NCBI GenBank assembly: GCA_965218435.1 | Contig: CBDCKW010000009.1 | Location: forward strand, 2,976,001-3,040,000 | Direction of reading: 5' to 3' | Length of the DNA: 64,000 bases | Source of the DNA: Truepera sp. | GTDB lineage: Bacteria > Deinococcota > Deinococci > Deinococcales > Trueperaceae | Shown here: in pieces, positions 61,241-64,000 of the stretch | Numbering within the stretch: the stretch's first letter is position 1 | How the letters are laid out: each line of letters starts with the position of its first letter | Notes under the pieces: model-generated | Databases searched by the model: none | Told to the model about the DNA's origin: nothing | What the model saw: only the letters and a program-made list of their open reading frames with translations | Made by a program: the position numbers and the translations under genes

Positions 61241-62233
61241 ATGAGAACGAGAAACCCACAGCGCCTGTTGGCCTACGCGCTGATCATTATCGGCGTAATT
61301 ATGCTGGTGTCGCGCATCGGCAGTGCGGACTGGCTCTGGTTGGCACTTATCAGCGCCTTGTTTTTGTTCGGTTACGTGTCGCGGAAAAACTACAACTTTT
61401 TGGTTGCGGGCGGCGTGCTAATGGGTATCGCCGTCGGCACGCTGATCGGCACTGACAGCGGGATGCTCTTAAGCCTCGCCGCCGGATTTTTTGCAATTGA
61501 CCGGATAGAGCCTAAACCCAACCGCTGGGCACTCTACAGCGCAGGGATTTCTGCGGTTCTGGGCGCACTCGTCGCGTTCGGGTCGTTTGGCCTCTTAAGT
61601 TCAACTGCGTTTGCTCTCGCGCTGGTCGCGGTTGGGACCTACTTGCTCTACCGTGAAGGGAATAAACCGGACACGCCCCCGACTAGTACGAGCAGCTATA
61701 CGCCCAGTCCCCCTAGTCAGTCGTCCGCAACCTCACCGATACCGGAACCCTCGAGCGAACCTGCCACGAATACGTCAGCAACGAGTACGCCGGGCAGTGA
61801 AACCGCGCCGCCCCCACCAGCGGCCGAAACCGTGCAACCGTCCCATACCCCCCCTGCCCATACACCCGCTAATGTACCCGGTGGTGCGGCAACGCCCGCT
61901 ACGCCATTAGAAAACCAGCCACTAGAAAACCAGCCGCGACAAGAATCGCCCCAACCACCACCGGAACAGCCCACGCTCTCGGGCGAAGCTGAAACGCGGT
62001 TACGGCGGCTCGAGGCGTGGCGGCGTGAAATCGCCGCGGCTGACGGGGTACCGCCGTATATCGTCTTTTCCAACGACACTCTAGCCAAAATTGCGGCGGC
62101 AAACCCCCGAACGCTGGACGAGTTAGACACCATTAAGGGCGTCGGACCAGTTAAGCTGTCGCGTTACGGCGAAACCGTTTTAGGCGTCTTAAAGGATGAC
62201 CCCGGCGAGGACACTGAAGTTGTGGCAAGCTAG
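61241..62233 (+). CDS. Membrane protein with a Pro/Ser/Thr linker and C-terminal HRDC domain
   Basis: Hydrophobic N-terminal ~135 aa; L.AWRREIA...GVPPYIVFSNDTL..IA..P.TLDEL..IKGVG..K..RYG HRDC pattern. Confidence 0.85.
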   Translation: MRTRNPQRLLAYALIIIGVIMLVSRIGSADWLWLALISALFLFGYVSRKNYNFLVAGGVLMGIAVGTLIGTDSGMLLSLAAGFFAIDRIEPKPNRWALYSAGISAVLGALVAFGSFGLLSSTAFALALVAVGTYLLYREGNKPDTPPTSTSSYTPSPPSQSSATSPIPEPSSEPATNTSATSTPGSETAPPPPAAETVQPSHTPPAHTPANVPGGAATPATPLENQPLENQPRQESPQPPPEQPTLSGEAETRLRRLEAWRREIAAADGVPPYIVFSNDTLAKIAAANPRTLDELDTIKGVGPVKLSRYGETVLGVLKDDPGEDTEVVAS

Positions 62234-62325
62234 CACGGACGCACAAAAAGCCTGTAGACCTTACCATGACCTACGCAGCGAGCAGCTAGACTAGAGAGAT
62301 AGACACTATCTAAACGGAGGAACTT

Positions 62326-63468
62326 ATGGACACAACGATTCAGCGCGGGCTTGACGGAGTAGTCATTGACACGACTGAAATCTGCAGCATTGACGGAATG
62401 AAAGGCGAGCTGATCTACCGTGGCTACGACGTCCGCGAGTTGGCCGATAAAGCCTCGTTTGAAGAGGTTATTTACCTTTTGTGGAACGGCAAATTACCTA
62501 AAAAAGACGAGCTTGCCGAGTTTCAAGCGTCTTTGCAACCTCACTTCGCCGTACCGGACGAAGTGATTGACGTACTGCGGCACTTTCCCACGAATGAGAG
62601 CCCGATGCACGCGCTGCGTACGGCGGTCTCGATGCTCGCGGCCTCGGACAAAGAGAGCGACGGCGTTGACCTGGATAACGTGCGCCGTATCGGAATCCGG
62701 CTGACCGCCCAGATCATCACCTTGACCGCCGCTTTAGAGCGTATCCGCGACGGACAAGACCCCGTTGCGCCACACCCCGAGCTGTCACTCGCCGCGAACT
62801 TTCTCTATATGACCAATGATGAGATGCCCTCTGAAGCTGCCGTGCGCGTAATGGACGTGGCGCTCGTGTTGCACGCTGAACACGGCTCGAACGCGAGCAC
62901 TTTTGTGGCGCGGGCAACCGCCTCGACCCTGACGGACGTATACAGCGCCATCACCGCCGCTATCGGCTCACTTAAGGGGCCACTGCACGGCGGCGCGAAC
63001 ACTGCCGTGATGCAGATGTTAGAAGAGATCGGCAGCGTCGAAGCGGTCGAAGATTTTGTGATGAACAAACTAGGTCAACCCAAGGCCCGCATCCCCGGTT
63101 TCGGTCACCGCGTCTACCGGGTGCTCGACCCACGCGCGGCGATTTTAGAAGGCGTCGCCGAAAAGCTCGCCGAAGAGTCCGGCGATTCGAAGTGGTTTGA
63201 GATGTCGCAAGAGATGGAGCGCGTGATGGAGCGCGAGATGGACAAACAGGGCAAGCAGGTGCGGCCCAACGTAGACTTCTTTTCGGCGTCGGTCTACCGG
63301 ATGCTCGGCTTTCCCGGCGAGATGTACACGCCGATTTTCGCTGTCGCCCGGACACCGGGGTGGATGGCGCATCTCTTAGAGCAGTACGCCGACAACCGTT
63401 TGATGCGGCCCAAACTCGCGTATGAGGGTGAAAAAGGCAAGACGTTTACGCCTATAGAGGAGCGTTAA
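62326..63468 (+). CDS. gltA: Citrate synthase (2-methylcitrate synthase not excluded)
   Basis: GELIYRGY, HAEHGSNAST, GPLHGGAN, GFGHRVY and PNVDF motifs. Confidence 0.9.
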   Translation: MDTTIQRGLDGVVIDTTEICSIDGMKGELIYRGYDVRELADKASFEEVIYLLWNGKLPKKDELAEFQASLQPHFAVPDEVIDVLRHFPTNESPMHALRTAVSMLAASDKESDGVDLDNVRRIGIRLTAQIITLTAALERIRDGQDPVAPHPELSLAANFLYMTNDEMPSEAAVRVMDVALVLHAEHGSNASTFVARATASTLTDVYSAITAAIGSLKGPLHGGANTAVMQMLEEIGSVEAVEDFVMNKLGQPKARIPGFGHRVYRVLDPRAAILEGVAEKLAEESGDSKWFEMSQEMERVMEREMDKQGKQVRPNVDFFSASVYRMLGFPGEMYTPIFAVARTPGWMAHLLEQYADNRLMRPKLAYEGEKGKTFTPIEER

Positions 63469-63502
63469 AGCTCCAAAGCGTAACCCCCATAAACCGACCA
63501 GC

Positions 63503-63539
63503 CTACGCCCGACGCAGATTTTACCGTCGGGCGTAGTTT
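63503..63539 (+). terminator. Hairpin/terminator after citrate synthase
   Basis: CTACGCCCGACG/CGTCGGGCGTAG 12-bp stem followed by TTT. Confidence 0.65.
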
Positions 63540-63713
63540 CGTAGGGACCGGGCTCGAGTCTCCCCGGCAGTAGCGTAAAACGGCTAAGATAGTGAGCGGT
63601 CTTTGACCGCTAGCTTTTACCTCAATTTTTAAGGTATAGTAGCTGGCGACAGTCGTATAGCCGTACCGTAAAACGTACCAAAAACAGCTCGGTGGGCCGG
63701 GAAAGAGGTAAAA

Positions 63714-64000
63714 GTGGCTGTTACACTTCCGCCAAGAGAAGCCAAACGCGAATTTGCCGTCGAGGGCGCGTACCGCTACAACAGCGGGAGCACGCTCCGC
63801 TGGATTTTGTCGCATCTGGGGCGTTACCCGCTCCTGCTCTTTAGTTTCTCCGCCGCCGCGATCTTAACCAACGTGCTCTTTTCCGCCATACCCCGCCTGA
63901 CCGGAACGGCGTTCGACGAGGTGCTTCGGCCCGAACCGAGTGTGCGGCGACTCTTGACGATTGCGCTGATTATCTTGGGCATCGTCTTGGTGCGCGGCGT
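63714..64000 (+). CDS. ABC exporter (fused TM-ATPase type), 5' part running off the window
   Basis: GTG after GAGG; open to the window end; RWILSHL..YP..TM1..IPRLTG.AFD..TM2 pattern typical of MsbA/MdlA-like N-termini. Confidence 0.65.
   Translation, partial: MAVTLPPREAKREFAVEGAYRYNSGSTLRWILSHLGRYPLLLFSFSAAAILTNVLFSAIPRLTGTAFDEVLRPEPSVRRLLTIALIILGIVLVRG

Overview
A GC-rich (about 60%) bacterial chromosomal segment. Gene content and promoter style point to Deinococcota, plausibly Trueperaceae-like (inference from the upp-wecA-wecB synteny, DUF5693-csaB, Thermus-like 2-oxoisovalerate dehydrogenase and many leaderless genes). It is mostly housekeeping DNA: mntR/dtxR-type regulator, peptidases, recO-plsY, upp, lpdA, ispH, tRNA-Ile(GAT), pyrG-udk-DUF5693-csaB, a PyrR-attenuated pyrR-pyrB-(DinB)-(Rid)-pyrC operon, an AraC-linked alpha-galactoside uptake cluster with two GH4 enzymes, a branched-chain 2-oxoacid dehydrogenase operon and citrate synthase. 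I found no CRISPR array, prophage or intact transposase. Signals that stand out: (1) the palindrome CTCGAG occurs roughly 125 times, about 6-fold over expectation (HIP1-like); (2) two Crp/Fnr paralogues 26 kb apart share an identical NtcA-type recognition helix and a non-cAMP pocket; (3) a membrane-anchored stand-alone HRDC protein; (4) a multi-stem 5' leader of about 190 nt before a secreted beta-helix lipoprotein, with a second structured leader and probable ATC start before a PKD lipoprotein; (5) three MITEs with terminal inverted repeats and target-site duplications, plus a truncated fourth copy; (6) accessory genes translationally coupled inside core operons. All calls come from reading motifs by eye; no database searches were run.
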